From positions 28,931 to 92,930 of the forward strand of contig JAUIFJ010000015.1 in NCBI GenBank assembly GCA_030429345.1: DNA of 64,000 nt, read 5' to 3'. Every line of letters begins with the position of its first letter. The stretch's first letter is position 1. Origin of the DNA: a bacterium (GTDB taxonomy: Bacteria > CAIWAD01). The position numbers and the translations under genes were made by a program. This document shows, piece by piece, positions 19,200 through 29,334 of the stretch. The notes under the pieces were generated by a model that saw only the letters and a list, made by a program, of their open reading frames with translations, was not told where the DNA came from and searched no databases.

Positions 19200-19883
19200 A
19201 TGCCACGGATCACCTTTCACAGCCATTCCTGTTTCGAGATCGTGGGCGCGGGCAAGCGCCTGCTGGTCGACCCCTTCTTCAGCGGCAATCCCCTGGCCCA
19301 GGTCGGACCCGGCGATTTCGGCAAGCTGGACGCGATTCTGGTGACTCATGGCCACGGGGATCACATCGGGGACACGGAAGCCATCGCAAGGGCCACGGGA
19401 GCCCGGATCATCTCCGTCTACGAAATTGCCGGCTACTTCGAGGCCAAGGGCCTGAATGCCCATCCGATGCACATCGGCGGAGGCCGCGAGTTTCCCTTCG
19501 GCCACCTGCAGTGGACCATTGCCCACCACGGCTCCACCGGCCCCGGCGGGGAAGCCCTGGGCAACCCGGCGGGCTTCGTGCTCACCATCGACGGCAAGAA
19601 GATTTATCATGCCGGTGACACGGGGCTCTTCCTGGACATGCAGCTGATCGGCAGCCACTACGGGCCGCTGGACCTGGCGCTGCTGCCCATTGGCGACAAC
19701 TTCACCATGGGTATCCGTGACGCGGTCAAGGCCTGTGAATTCCTCAAACCGGCGCTGACGGTACCCATGCACTACAACACCTTCCCGCCGATCGAAGTCG
19801 ACCCGCAGGACTTCGCCAGGCAGGCGGAAGCGGCCGGACATGCCACCCGCGTGCTCGAGGTCGGTGAAAGCCTGGAGCTCTAG
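19200..19883 (+). CDS. UPF0173-family metal-dependent hydrolase (metallo-beta-lactamase fold)
   Basis: MPRITFHSHSCFEI...LLVDPF...LVTHGHGDHIGD is the family signature. An SD GGAGAAG precedes the start. Confidence 0.7.
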   Translation: MPRITFHSHSCFEIVGAGKRLLVDPFFSGNPLAQVGPGDFGKLDAILVTHGHGDHIGDTEAIARATGARIISVYEIAGYFEAKGLNAHPMHIGGGREFPFGHLQWTIAHHGSTGPGGEALGNPAGFVLTIDGKKIYHAGDTGLFLDMQLIGSHYGPLDLALLPIGDNFTMGIRDAVKACEFLKPALTVPMHYNTFPPIEVDPQDFARQAEAAGHATRVLEVGESLEL

Positions 19884-19889
19884 CCCTCA

Positions 19890-20975
19890 ATGGCCGGAAA
19901 CAGCTTCGGACAACTCTTCCGTGTGACAACGGCCGGCGAAAGCCACGGCCCGGGCCAGCTCGCCATCATCGACGGCCTGCCGGCGGGACTGGAGCTTTCT
20001 GTGGACGACCTGCTCCCCGACCTGCGCAGGCGCCGACCCGGGCAATCGGCCCTGGTCACGCAACGCCAGGAGGAGGACCTTCCCGAGATCCTTTCCGGCC
20101 TCTTCGAAGGGCGTACGACGGGCGCTCCGCTCTCGATCCTGATCCGCAACACGGACGCGCGTTCGAAGGACTACGAGTCCCTGCGTGATACTTTCCGTCC
20201 GGGACACGCCGACTACACCTGGCAGTCCCGCTTCGGCAGGAGGGACCACCGCGGCGGCGGCCGCTCCAGCGCCAGGGAAACCGTTGCCAGGGTAGCGGCG
20301 GGCGCCGTGGCGCGCAAGCTGCTGGCGACGGCGGGAATCGCGGTCCTCGGCTGGGTCGACAGCGTGGGCGGGATCACCCTGCCCGCTTCCGGCGAGGACA
20401 TGTATACGAGGGAGGAGGTCGAGGCCTCTCCGACACGCTGCCCGCACCCGGAAACGGCTGGACGGATGACGGAGCTCATCGAGACCTGCCGGGAAGAAGG
20501 CGATTCCATTGGCGGGACGGCCGTGATCACGGCCACGGGCCTGCCTCCCGGCCTGGGCGAACCGGTCTTCGACAAGCTTCGCGCCGACCTGGCCAAGGGC
20601 CTCTGCAGCCTGCCGGCGGTAATGGGCGTCGAGTTCGGCGCCGGCTTCTCTGCCGCGGAAGCACGGGGAAGCGCCTTCCAGGATGCCATCGAACACGCCG
20701 GCCCGGAAGGGCTGCGCACACGAAGCAACCGCCACGGCGGCCTGCTGGGCGGCCTGAGCAGCGGCATGCCCCTGCGGCTTCGTTGCGCCGTCAAGCCCAC
20801 CAGCAGCATCCCAATGGCCCAACAGGGCGCGGGCAGCGACGGATCCCCGAAGGAGGTTTGTGTCACAGGCCGCCACGATCCCTGCCTGCTCCCGCGCTTC
20901 GTCCCCATAGCCGAGGCCATGGTCCTGCTGGTCCTGGCGGACCACTGGCTGCGGGCGAGGAGTGCTGCACTGTAG
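19890..20975 (+). CDS. aroC: Chorismate synthase
   Basis: GNSFGQLFRVTTAGESHGP...RPGHADYT...RSSARET are AroC signatures across the full length. Confidence 0.9.
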   Translation: MAGNSFGQLFRVTTAGESHGPGQLAIIDGLPAGLELSVDDLLPDLRRRRPGQSALVTQRQEEDLPEILSGLFEGRTTGAPLSILIRNTDARSKDYESLRDTFRPGHADYTWQSRFGRRDHRGGGRSSARETVARVAAGAVARKLLATAGIAVLGWVDSVGGITLPASGEDMYTREEVEASPTRCPHPETAGRMTELIETCREEGDSIGGTAVITATGLPPGLGEPVFDKLRADLAKGLCSLPAVMGVEFGAGFSAAEARGSAFQDAIEHAGPEGLRTRSNRHGGLLGGLSSGMPLRLRCAVKPTSSIPMAQQGAGSDGSPKEVCVTGRHDPCLLPRFVPIAEAMVLLVLADHWLRARSAAL

Positions 20976-20994
20976 GCGACGGACCCCGGGAATC

Positions 20995-21628
20995 TGCAGG
21001 CGAAGCCTGCAGTCCTGTAGGATGTTTCTTCCCACCTTGAGATCCACCCCGGAGAGGACGGATCACACCATTCCCCTGATTCGCGGACCCCTACCTTGTT
21101 GGATCACACAGTCAAGGGTGGAACCCCCTGGAAAACTGCAGGCGAAGCCTGCAGCCCTTTTTGGTCGGCCGTTGCACGGCCGTGGAAATGGCGAGAATGT
21201 TCTGGTGATTCGGACCGAAAAGGGTAGTCAATAGAAAGGGCGAACTGTCCGCGAAGAAATCAACTATCTAGAACGGCCGTGCAACGGCCGAGCCACTCTA
21301 GCTGCAGGCTTCGCCTGCAGTCCTGTAGGATGTTTCTTCCCACCTTGAGATCCACCCCGGAGAGGACGGATCACACCGTTCCCCTGATTCGCGGACCCCT
21401 ACCTTGTTGGATTACACTGTCAAGGGTGGAACCCCCTGGCAAACTGCAGGCGAAGCCTGCAGCCCTTTTTGGTCGGCCGTTGCACGGCCGTGGAAATGGC
21501 GAGAATGTTCTGGTGATTCGGACCGAAAAGGGTAGTCACTAGAAAGGGCGAACTGTCCACGAAGAAATCAACTATCTAGAACGGCCGTGCAACGGCCGAG
21601 CCACTCTAGCTGCAGGCTTCGCCTGCAG
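20995..21628. repeat. Tandem array of 308-bp units (2 full copies plus a partial one) built from perfect palindromic hairpins: ctgcagg-cgaag-cctgcag (with CCCTTTTT) paired with cggccg-ttgca-cggccg
   Basis: The period of 307-308 bp was measured from hairpin positions 20995, 21302, 21610, 21136 and 21444. The units are more than 95% identical. The array lies between the convergent aroC and desaturase genes. Confidence 0.85.
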
Positions 21629-21709
21629 CCCAAATCCCCGACCAACCAACCCCCATCCGGAGTCCTGGATCACACGAGGCCGGGACCCCCTGTCCGAGAC
21701 ATCCATCCC

Positions 21710-22879
21710 CTAGGCAGGCTGGACCTTCAGTTCGCGCAGCAAGGTTTCCCAGTTGGACATCTTCTCGAGGATCTCCCGGCGCAGCTGGTCCAGTTCGGCG
21801 CGCAGGGCGCGGGCCTGTTCGCTGCGGCGGCTGATGTGCTTGGCGCGGAGGGCGCGGTATTCGCTCCAGGCGACCTTGCTGCGCTGGTGCAGTTCTTCCA
21901 GGTTCGCCTCCAGGGCCTGCAGCTTCTCGCGGGCCTGGGCGGAGAGGCGCGTGATCCATTCCGGGTCCCGGCGCTCCAGGCGGCGCAGCCTTTCGCGGTG
22001 CAGGGCGAGGCGGATCGTCGCCTCCGGCACGCGCTTCAGGCCCCAGGCCTGGCGTGTGCGCTCCAGCAGCCAGATCACCCACTTGCCGGGATCGAAGTGC
22101 CAGGCGCGAATGCCGTTGCGGTAGTCGCCGGGGTAGGCGTGGTGATAGTTGTGGTAGCCTTCGCCGTAGGTCAGGAAGGCCACGAAGCCGCTGTCGCGGG
22201 CGCTGCTCTCGCCGTCGTAGGGCCTACGACCGAGCGTGTGACAGAGGCTGTTGATGAAGAAGGTCCCGTGATGCACGAAGACGATGCGCGCCACGCCGCC
22301 GAAGAGGAAGCCGCTCAGCGCGGCCTGCAGCAGGCCGTAGCCCAGCAGCGAGCCGATCCCCAGGCCGACCAGGGTCGGCAGCACCAGGGACAGGCCGATC
22401 ATCAGCTTGTGAATGTGGCGATCCTGCCAGACCAGGAAAGGATCCTTGAGCAGGTCCTTCACGTTGTCCCGGCTCAGCGGCGGTTGCTTGCGGATCAGCC
22501 AGCCTATGTGGGCATGAAAAAAGCCCTTGCGGATGTTGTAGGGATCGTAGGGCATGCCGTCGCGATCGACGAAGCGGTGGTGGTAGCGGTGCTCGCTGGA
22601 CCAGGTGATGGCGCTGTGCTCCAGGCTGGCCGTCGCCGCCAGCACCGCCGCCTTGCGCACCCAGGGCCTGGCGTCGAAACTGCGGTGCGCCACCAGGCGG
22701 TGATAGCCCACCGTGATGCCCAGTCCGGTGGCGTAGGCCATGAGAAGGAAATGCAGGATATCGAACAGCCCAAGGCCCCAGGTGGAGATGTACCAGGGCA
22801 CGCCAACCAGCGCCACGACGGGACTGATCAGCAGGAAAAGGGTTGTTTTCCAGTTGATGGGGCGATCTTCTGTCTTCAT
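21710..22879 (-). CDS. Acyl-CoA (stearoyl-CoA-type) fatty-acid desaturase with C-terminal coiled-coil extension
   Basis: The three histidine boxes HRLVAHR, HRYHHRF and HNYHHAYP are present. It has an N-terminal TM pair. The start ATG is confirmed. Confidence 0.8.
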   Translation of the reverse strand: MKTEDRPINWKTTLFLLISPVVALVGVPWYISTWGLGLFDILHFLLMAYATGLGITVGYHRLVAHRSFDARPWVRKAAVLAATASLEHSAITWSSEHRYHHRFVDRDGMPYDPYNIRKGFFHAHIGWLIRKQPPLSRDNVKDLLKDPFLVWQDRHIHKLMIGLSLVLPTLVGLGIGSLLGYGLLQAALSGFLFGGVARIVFVHHGTFFINSLCHTLGRRPYDGESSARDSGFVAFLTYGEGYHNYHHAYPGDYRNGIRAWHFDPGKWVIWLLERTRQAWGLKRVPEATIRLALHRERLRRLERRDPEWITRLSAQAREKLQALEANLEELHQRSKVAWSEYRALRAKHISRRSEQARALRAELDQLRREILEKMSNWETLLRELKVQPA

Positions 22880-23000
22880 GGTTTCCTTCAGGATGAACCG
22901 ATTCTCGGGAGTGCCTACCGAATGCCGAGCGACCCAGTTTAGGAAATCCGCCGAGCAGGGGCTTGACCGGCTCCGGAAAAAGCAAGTCCGCCGCCGGCGG

Positions 23001-25190
23001 CTACCGTCCCAGCGCGCCTTCCAGCGCCTCGGGTGAATCCAATGGCGCGGAGCAGCTGAAGTCTTCGCAAAGATAGACCCGGCAGCCCGTTTCCGGAATC
23101 TGCATCGCGCGGCACCAGGGCGTCAGGTCGTGCAGCGCATCCGCGTTGGCATGCGTCTTCAGCAGGCGCACCTGGAAGGGCAGGAAGCGCCTGTCCAGGA
23201 CCTGCAGCATCTCTCCGGCGGAGGCCCGGTCCGGCGCGCAGAGGACGATTTCGCTGCCTCCGTTCACCAGGTGATCCAGGGCGCAGAGGGCGCGATCCGC
23301 GCCATTGTGAGACAGCGCGGCTTCGGCCGCGATTCGCCCGGCCAGCGAGTGCGCGCGCTGCTCCAGTTCGGGCCGGGCCGTGAGACGGGCCAGCTGCACC
23401 AGGTTCTCGAGCGCCAGCGAATTGCCCGCGGGTAGGGCGCCGTCGTAAAAGTCCTTCTGCCGCGGAAGGGTTTCGCTGTACTCGGCGGCCGTCATGAAGT
23501 AGCCGCCGTGGTCCCGGTCCAGGTAGAGGCTGTCGCACTCCTGCTGCAGGCGCAGGGCCTCGCGCAGCCAGCGGGGATCGAAATCGGCCTGGTACAGCGC
23601 CAGCAGCCCGCCGATCAGAGCGGCGTGATCCATCAGCATGGCCGGTATACCGGCCTGCCCCTTGCGCCAGCGATGCAGCAGGCCGCCCTGTTCATCCCTC
23701 ATCTCCCGAAGAACGAACTCCGCGGCTTCGACGGCGGCGGCATGAAAAGCCGGCTCCTCCAGGACAACTCCTGCCCGCGCCAGGGCGGCGATCATCATGC
23801 CGTTCCAGTCGCAAAGCACCTTGTCGTCCAGCAGGGGATGCGGGCGGGTCTCGCGGCTGGCGAACACTTGCCGGCGGGCCTTCTCCAGGGCCTCCAGATC
23901 GGTGCCCGGAGGAAAGAGTGTCTCACGAATGCCTTCCCCGGGTCCGCCGGGAAGACGCAGCACGTGCAGCCCCTCTTCGCGCCCGCTTTCGCCGGCCCAG
24001 TTCCCGGCTCCGTCGACGCCGTATGCCTGGCAGAAGAGCTCGCCTTCTTCGCCCGCCGCTTCCAGCAGCTGCAGCCTCTTCCAGGTGTAGAAGCGCCCCT
24101 CTTCCCCTTCGCTGTCGGCGTCCTCAGCGGAATGGAATCCGCCGGCGGGGTCCCGCATGCGCTGGATCACATAGCCGCAGGTCTCGCGGATCACGTCCTC
24201 GTAGAACGGGCGGCCCGTCTGCTGCCATGCGTCGCAGTAGACGGGAAGCAGCAGGGCCTGGTCATAGAGCATCTTCTCGAAATGGGGCACACGCCACTCC
24301 CCGTCCGTCGAGTAGCGATGAAAGCCATGGCCGACCTGGTCGTAAAGGCCGCCGCGCCGCATTTCCTGCAGGGTCTTCTCCGCGGCGTGCAGCATCTCCG
24401 CGCGTGGAGTCCGCGCGTGTTGCGCAAGCAGCAGGGCCGTGTGCTGCGGAGTCGGAAACCTCGGCGCGCCGCCGAATCCGCCCCAGGCGGCATCGAAGCG
24501 CTGCAGGAGCTGGCTGGCCGCCGTTGCCGGCAGTGAAGGATCCACCTTGCCGGCAGGGCCCTCGAAGCGGCTGCGCTCGAGGGCCTGGCGGATCTGTGTC
24601 ACCGTGTCACGCACTTTCCCGCGCTCGTCCCGCCAGGCTCCCGCCAGCGCGGGCAGCAGCTCGAGCATGCCCGGCCGGCCATAGCGCTGCTCCTGCGGGA
24701 AATAGGTCCCGGCGAAGAAGGCCTGGCCTTCTGGGTCCATCACAATGGTCAACGGCCAGCCGCCCTGGCCGGTCAGGCTCTGGCAGATGCTCATGTAGTG
24801 CGCGTCCAGGTCCGGGCGCTCCTCGCGATCGACCTTGATCGAGACGAATTGCTCGTTGAGCAGCGCGGCGACGCTGTCGTCCTCGAAGCTCTCGTGTTCC
24901 ATGACATGGCACCAGTGGCAGGTGCTGTAGCCGATGCTGAGAAAGACCGGGCAATCGCGCCTGCGCGCTTCCTCGAAGGCTTCCGCGGACCAGGGCTGCC
25001 AGTGGACGGGATTGTCCTTGTGCTGCAGCAGGTAGGGGCTCAATTCCCCGGAAAGGCGGTTGTATGACATGCTTGCATCTCCCTTGGTTCCGGTTCCAGG
25101 CGCTTCGCTTCCACAGGCGGAAACAAGGAGGCCCGCCAGCAGCACGCAGCCGGGGATTCCTGTTCCCGCCCGCTTCCGGAGCAGTTTCAT
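23001..25190 (-). CDS. Thioredoxin-domain protein YyaL/DUF255 family (thioredoxin-like plus N-acylglucosamine-2-epimerase-like), lipoprotein signal
   Basis: Start is the internal ATG (MKLLRKR...LLVSAC). The roughly 324-aa N-terminal extension in the track ORF is rejected. ...[33 protein letters not shown] is a thioredoxin-like CxxC motif. It overlaps the upstream UbiA gene by 4 nt. Confidence 0.75.
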   Translation of the reverse strand: MKLLRKRAGTGIPGCVLLAGLLVSACGSEAPGTGTKGDASMSYNRLSGELSPYLLQHKDNPVHWQPWSAEAFEEARRRDCPVFLSIGYSTCHWCHVMEHESFEDDSVAALLNEQFVSIKVDREERPDLDAHYMSICQSLTGQGGWPLTIVMDPEGQAFFAGTYFPQEQRYGRPGMLELLPALAGAWRDERGKVRDTVTQIRQALERSRFEGPAGKVDPSLPATAASQLLQRFDAAWGGFGGAPRFPTPQHTALLLAQHARTPRAEMLHAAEKTLQEMRRGGLYDQVGHGFHRYSTDGEWRVPHFEKMLYDQALLLPVYCDAWQQTGRPFYEDVIRETCGYVIQRMRDPAGGFHSAEDADSEGEEGRFYTWKRLQLLEAAGEEGELFCQAYGVDGAGNWAGESGREEGLHVLRLPGGPGEGIRETLFPPGTDLEALEKARRQVFASRETRPHPLLDDKVLCDWNGMMIAALARAGVVLEEPAFHAAAVEAAEFVLREMRDEQGGLLHRWRKGQAGIPAMLMDHAALIGGLLALYQADFDPRWLREALRLQQECDSLYLDRDHGGYFMTAAEYSETLPRQKDFYDGALPAGNSLALENLVQLARLTARPELEQRAHSLAGRIAAEAALSHNGADRALCALDHLVNGGSEIVLCAPDRASAGEMLQVLDRRFLPFQVRLLKTHANADALHDLTPWCRAMQIPETGCRVYLCEDFSCSAPLDSPEALEGALGR

Positions 25191-26074
25191 GCGCTCCAAA
25201 GGGCGAGCCAGAGCAGCAGCAGGATTCCTTTCTGCCACTTCTTGTAGCGGGCGAAAGCCTGTGTCCGCAGGGCGGCCGTCGCCGGCAGGAAGAGCGCGAG
25301 GGCCGGCAAGGCGGCCAGTGGAGGCATTCCCGGCCAGCTGTGCCACAGAAGCGCCCCCGCCGCGACCAGCAGAAGGAGCAGGCTGAGGCGCGCCGCTTCC
25401 ACCGGCGACCAGAGCACGGCAAGGGTCTTCTTGCCGCTCCGGCGATCGGCATCGATGTGACTCAGGCCGCTGCCCAGGGCGGAAGAAGCGCCCAACAGGA
25501 AGCCGCAGCACAGCAGCCAGGCGGTGTGATCCAGAAGAACACCGTGGAAATGACCGGCCACGATCAGCGGCAGGAGTACGCCGGTGCCGAGCGCTTCCAG
25601 CACTTCCCCGCCGCCGCGGTAATTGAAGGCAAAGGGCGCGAAGCCATAGGCCAGCACGCAGACCTCGGCCGCCAGCACCAGCACGCTCAGCGGACCGATG
25701 CCGCCCTCCTGCCAGAGGGCCAGCAGCAGGCAGGCCAGCAGCGAGAGGACGGCCACCACAAGAACGGAACGGTGTCCCAGCCTGCCCGCCGCAAGGGGGC
25801 GTCTGGCCGCCGCGGCCGGATTCCCGTGTACCTCCAGGCCATCCGCGCGCCGGTCGGCGAGATCGTTGCACAGGACAATGGCCAGGTGCGCCGGCAGCAG
25901 GAAGGCGCCCAGGGCCAGAAGACCGCCGGCATGTTGGGCCTGCAGCGGCCAGCCGGCCAGGTGCAGCCCCAGCCCTACGGGGAAGAGCAGCTTGGGAAAG
26001 GCCGCCGGACGCGCGCTGATCCACCAGGCGCGCCAGGAAGGCTTGACGGGCTGGATCTGTGTCAAGGTCGTCAT
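25187..26074 (-). CDS. UbiA-family polyprenyltransferase, MenA-like (paralog of 14123..14968)
   Basis: [17 protein letters not shown] and FNYRGGGE are shared with the paralog at 14123. The start ATG (MTTLTQ) is confirmed. Confidence 0.6.
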   Translation of the reverse strand: MTTLTQIQPVKPSWRAWWISARPAAFPKLLFPVGLGLHLAGWPLQAQHAGGLLALGAFLLPAHLAIVLCNDLADRRADGLEVHGNPAAAARRPLAAGRLGHRSVLVVAVLSLLACLLLALWQEGGIGPLSVLVLAAEVCVLAYGFAPFAFNYRGGGEVLEALGTGVLLPLIVAGHFHGVLLDHTAWLLCCGFLLGASSALGSGLSHIDADRRSGKKTLAVLWSPVEAARLSLLLLLVAAGALLWHSWPGMPPLAALPALALFLPATAALRTQAFARYKKWQKGILLLLWLALWSA

Positions 26075-26101
26075 GAATAGAAGTTGCCAAGCTATGCCCT
26101 G

Positions 26102-26875
26102 ATGGACAATTCCTTCGGCTCCAGACTCCGTGAAAGAAGGTGTATGACAGGCCCGAACCCACTCATCGAATCGCTTTCCCTGCCCGCTTTGCTGGCGGAT
26201 CGCCTGGCGGCCTGCGACCGGAAGGTGCAGGAACGGTCGGCCTCCTGGAACAGCCTGGCGCCCAACGGACGCCGCGCCGCCTTGCCCGGCGAGATCCTCC
26301 TGCGGCACACTCCCCTACTGGAAACGGACCATGCCTGGGTCGCCTTTCTATGCGAGTATACAGAGTCTCTGCTGGAACATTTTCCCGAAAACCTCTTTTG
26401 CGACCTGGACGGTCTGGCGAGCGCTACCCGGCAAGGGTCGGCCCCGCTTTTTCATGCCCTGCTGGAACTCAACCTGCTCTATGGATGCAAGGGGCCGATC
26501 CGTTTCCGCTACGTGCATGATTTTCTCTATGGCTGGGACTGGGTCAAGTGGTTGCGTCGCACGCGCGGCAAGGCGGCAGAAACCCCGCCCTTTTCGATGA
26601 GTTTCCTGCAACACCTGCTGTCACGCGCAGGGGAGATCGGCCGGCAGCTCCAGGATCGTGATACAGGCTGGCAGGAACTGGCGCCCGGCGAGTTCCGCAA
26701 CCCCTTTCCCTACAGTCGTGAGCAGACGGACGAGGCCCTTCTGCTGCGCGAGGCTTCCCGTCGCGGGCTGGTGCCGGTGCGGACCTGGGGAAAGCCGCTC
26801 TTCGAAGCCGCCGGTCTGGATCGCAACTGGCACCAGGAGCGCGAAGCCCTGGCCCGGGAACTGGGGTTGGCGTAG
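26102..26875 (+). CDS. Hypothetical protein
   Basis: It is a long ORF with coding-like composition, divergent from the UbiA gene. The start is ambiguous: TTG at 26084, ATG at 26102 or ATG at 26144. No family was recognised. Confidence 0.4.
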   Translation: MDNSFGSRLRERRCMTGPNPLIESLSLPALLADRLAACDRKVQERSASWNSLAPNGRRAALPGEILLRHTPLLETDHAWVAFLCEYTESLLEHFPENLFCDLDGLASATRQGSAPLFHALLELNLLYGCKGPIRFRYVHDFLYGWDWVKWLRRTRGKAAETPPFSMSFLQHLLSRAGEIGRQLQDRDTGWQELAPGEFRNPFPYSREQTDEALLLREASRRGLVPVRTWGKPLFEAAGLDRNWHQEREALARELGLA

Positions 26876-26992
26876 GGCCAAGGGTGTGTTCTCGCGCAGA
26901 GACGCAGAGACGCGATGGACATCCCGGTCAACCGGAGGCACCCGAACGTCCCGCTTCTCTTCTCTGCGGCCTCAGCGTCTCTGCGTGAGGTC

Positions 26993-28087
26993 CTAGCTCT
27001 CTTCCCGCTCGAGAATCTTCTCGACCACCGCGCTTCCCAGGCAGCGCTCGCCGTCGTAGAACACGGTGAACTGCCCCGCGGCGACTCCGGGGTCGGAGAC
27101 ATCCAGGGCAACCTGCCAGCGCTCTCCGTCTTCGGGTGTGACATGGCAGTCCCAGAGGCGCGGCCCGTGCCGCAGGCGGCACTGCAGACGGCCTTCGGGG
27201 GCCTCGGCCTGCAGCCAGTTGGGGGAGCCTGCGCGAAAGCGGCGACAGCGGCGCGCGGCGAGCCGCTCCGCGTGTGCCACATAGATCACGTTCTCGCCGA
27301 TGTCCTTGTCCACCACGTACCACGGCCCGCCATGCAGGCCGATCCCCTTGCGCTGCCCGATGGTGTAGTACCAGTAGCCCTCGTGGCGACCGATCACGCT
27401 CCCGTCCTCCTCGACGATGATCCGCCCTTCGCGCGTTCCCAGGTGATGTCGCACGAACTCGTCATAGGGGATCTTGCCCAGGAAGCAGATGCCCTGGCTG
27501 TCCCTGCGTTCGCGGTTGGGCAGGTTCCAGCGCGCCGCCAGTTCGCGGACCCGGACCTTGGGCAGTGCGCCAAGAGGAAACAGGCAGCGGGCCAGCTGCT
27601 CAGGACGCATGCGGGCCAGGAAATAGCTCTGGTCCTTGACCGGGTCGACGCCGCGGCGCAGCACGGACCCTTGGCTTTCGTGATCCAGGCGGGCATAGTG
27701 ACCGCTGGCAACACGGGAAAAGCCGCTGCCCGCGCTCTCCATGAAAGCACCGAACTTGATCCGGCTGTTGCAGAGCAGGTCGGGGCTCGGCGTGTGACCG
27801 GCGCGCAATTCCTGTACGACATAGGAGACCACGCGCTCCCAGTATTCCTCCTGCAGGGGAATCACCTGCAGCTCGACTCCCGCCTGCTCGCAGACGGCGC
27901 GGGCGTAGGCCAGGTCCTCCTCCCAGGGACAGTCCCCCAGGAAGGCCAGCTCCTCCTGCAGCCAGATTTTCAGGTAGAAGGCCGTCGGCCGGTGGCCCTG
28001 TTCCTGCAGCAGCCGGAGGGCCACGGAACTGTCGACACCGCCCGAGAGCAGCAGCGCGATCTCTTCTCCCTGCCGCGGCCGGATCAC
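26993..28087 (-). CDS. mnmA: tRNA-specific 2-thiouridylase MnmA
   Basis: The PP-loop LLLSGGVDSSVA and ...SQGICFLG are present. It is collinear with MnmA. A GTG start overlaps the Rieske gene stop (GTGA). Confidence 0.8.
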   Translation of the reverse strand: MIRPRQGEEIALLLSGGVDSSVALRLLQEQGHRPTAFYLKIWLQEELAFLGDCPWEEDLAYARAVCEQAGVELQVIPLQEEYWERVVSYVVQELRAGHTPSPDLLCNSRIKFGAFMESAGSGFSRVASGHYARLDHESQGSVLRRGVDPVKDQSYFLARMRPEQLARCLFPLGALPKVRVRELAARWNLPNRERRDSQGICFLGKIPYDEFVRHHLGTREGRIIVEEDGSVIGRHEGYWYYTIGQRKGIGLHGGPWYVVDKDIGENVIYVAHAERLAARRCRRFRAGSPNWLQAEAPEGRLQCRLRHGPRLWDCHVTPEDGERWQVALDVSDPGVAAGQFTVFYDGERCLGSAVVEKILEREES

Positions 28088-28392
28088 AGTTCGACCTGGA
28101 TCCTTCCGCCCTGCTCGCGCGCCGGGAAGGTGCGCAGGTCCTCGAAGGCCGGCGGCGTCAAGGCCGCTCCGGTGATCAGGCTGAAGCGCGCCCCGTGGAT
28201 CGGGCACTCGATCTCCTCGCCTTCGCAGGGGCCGTCGTGCAGTTCGAAATCGTCATGGGTGCACAGGTTCTCCACCGCGTAGGGTTGTCCCTGGATGCGG
28301 CAGAGCAGCAGGTCGACTCCCAGCAGTTCCACCCGTCGCGGCTGCCCTTCCTGCAGGTCTTCCGCCGCGCAGGCATCCTTGTATTCGGCCAT
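28084..28392 (-). CDS. Rieske [2Fe-2S] domain protein (NirD-like small ferredoxin)
   Basis: The two Rieske boxes are CTHDDFELHDG and CPIHGARF. The start ATG is preceded by GGAGAGGAG. Confidence 0.7.
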   Translation of the reverse strand: MAEYKDACAAEDLQEGQPRRVELLGVDLLLCRIQGQPYAVENLCTHDDFELHDGPCEGEEIECPIHGARFSLITGAALTPPAFEDLRTFPAREQGGRIQVEL

Positions 28393-28443
28393 GGGTTCTC
28401 CTCTCCGGCCGGGTTCTTCCGGCCGCCTGCAAGCATAACACGA

Positions 28444-29334
28444 TCAGGGGATTCTTGCCTTCGCCTTGCGCGAGGCCTGCAGCAGGTCCGCGCTGAACAG
28501 GGCCAGGCCGATCCAGATCAGGCTGAAACTGAGCAGCTGCCCCGGCTTGAGCGCCTCGCCGAAGAGGCTCACCGCCAGCAGGAACTGCAGGCTGGGCGCC
28601 AGGTACTGCAGCAGGCCGGTGACGCTCAGGGGCAGTTCGCGTACTCCGCGGGCGAAGAGCCAGAGCGGAGTCAGGGTGACCAGGCCACAGAAGGGCAGGG
28701 CCCAGGGGAGCCAGGGGGGAGCCGGCCCGGAGGCCTGCGCGCTGCCGGCAACCAGCAGCAGGGCTGCCGGCACCAGGATCGTCGTTTCGATGAACAGCCC
28801 TTCCACGCTGCCGCGGCGCAGGCTTTTCTTCAACAGGCTGTAGCCGGCGAAACTGCTTGCCATGGCCAAAGCCAGCCAGGGCGTCGTCCCGGCGACGAGC
28901 ACCAGGTTGAGTACGGCAATGGCCGCCAGGCCGACGGCGCACAAACGAGCCGCGTTGAGTCTTTCCCGCAGCAACACCATGCCCAGCAGCACATTGAGAA
29001 GCGGATTGATGAAATAAGCCAGGCTGATGTCGAGCACCCGGTCGTGCTGCACCGCCCAGAGAAAAAGGCCCCAGTTGCCGCCGATCAGCAGGGCGCAGAT
29101 CGCGCGACGCAGGAGAACCCCGTCAAGGCGCACCAGGCTCTTCAGCAGATGGGAGGGCAGCCCGCGGTGGCGCAGTGCCAGCAGCAGCAGCGCCGTGCCC
29201 GCCGACCACAGGATGCGCTCCCCGAGCAGGACCCGGGCCGGAAGGCTTTCGACCAGTTTCCAGTAAAGCGGCGCCAGCCCCCAGAAGACGAAGGCGGCCG
29301 CCACGGAGCCCAGGCCCCGCGGTAGACGGTTCAA
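28444..29334 (-). CDS. EamA/RarD-family transporter
   Basis: About ten TM helices are apparent. FVFWGLAPLYWKL matches the RarD N-terminus. A TTG start overlaps the SDR stop. Confidence 0.65.
   Translation of the reverse strand: MNRLPRGLGSVAAAFVFWGLAPLYWKLVESLPARVLLGERILWSAGTALLLLALRHRGLPSHLLKSLVRLDGVLLRRAICALLIGGNWGLFLWAVQHDRVLDISLAYFINPLLNVLLGMVLLRERLNAARLCAVGLAAIAVLNLVLVAGTTPWLALAMASSFAGYSLLKKSLRRGSVEGLFIETTILVPAALLLVAGSAQASGPAPPWLPWALPFCGLVTLTPLWLFARGVRELPLSVTGLLQYLAPSLQFLLAVSLFGEALKPGQLLSFSLIWIGLALFSADLLQASRKAKARIP

Noticed and set aside
20962-21542. ORFs of 85-90 aa repeated within the 308-bp tandem array
   Set aside because: They arise from the tandem DNA repeat. There is no SD and no domain, and the frames are interrupted between units.
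25191-26162. 324-aa N-terminal extension of the YyaL ORF (the track gives 1053 aa)
   Set aside because: The extension is Arg/Gly/Pro-rich junk overlapping the UbiA gene in another frame. The real start is the internal ATG, with a lipoprotein signal, and overlaps the UbiA stop by 4 nt.
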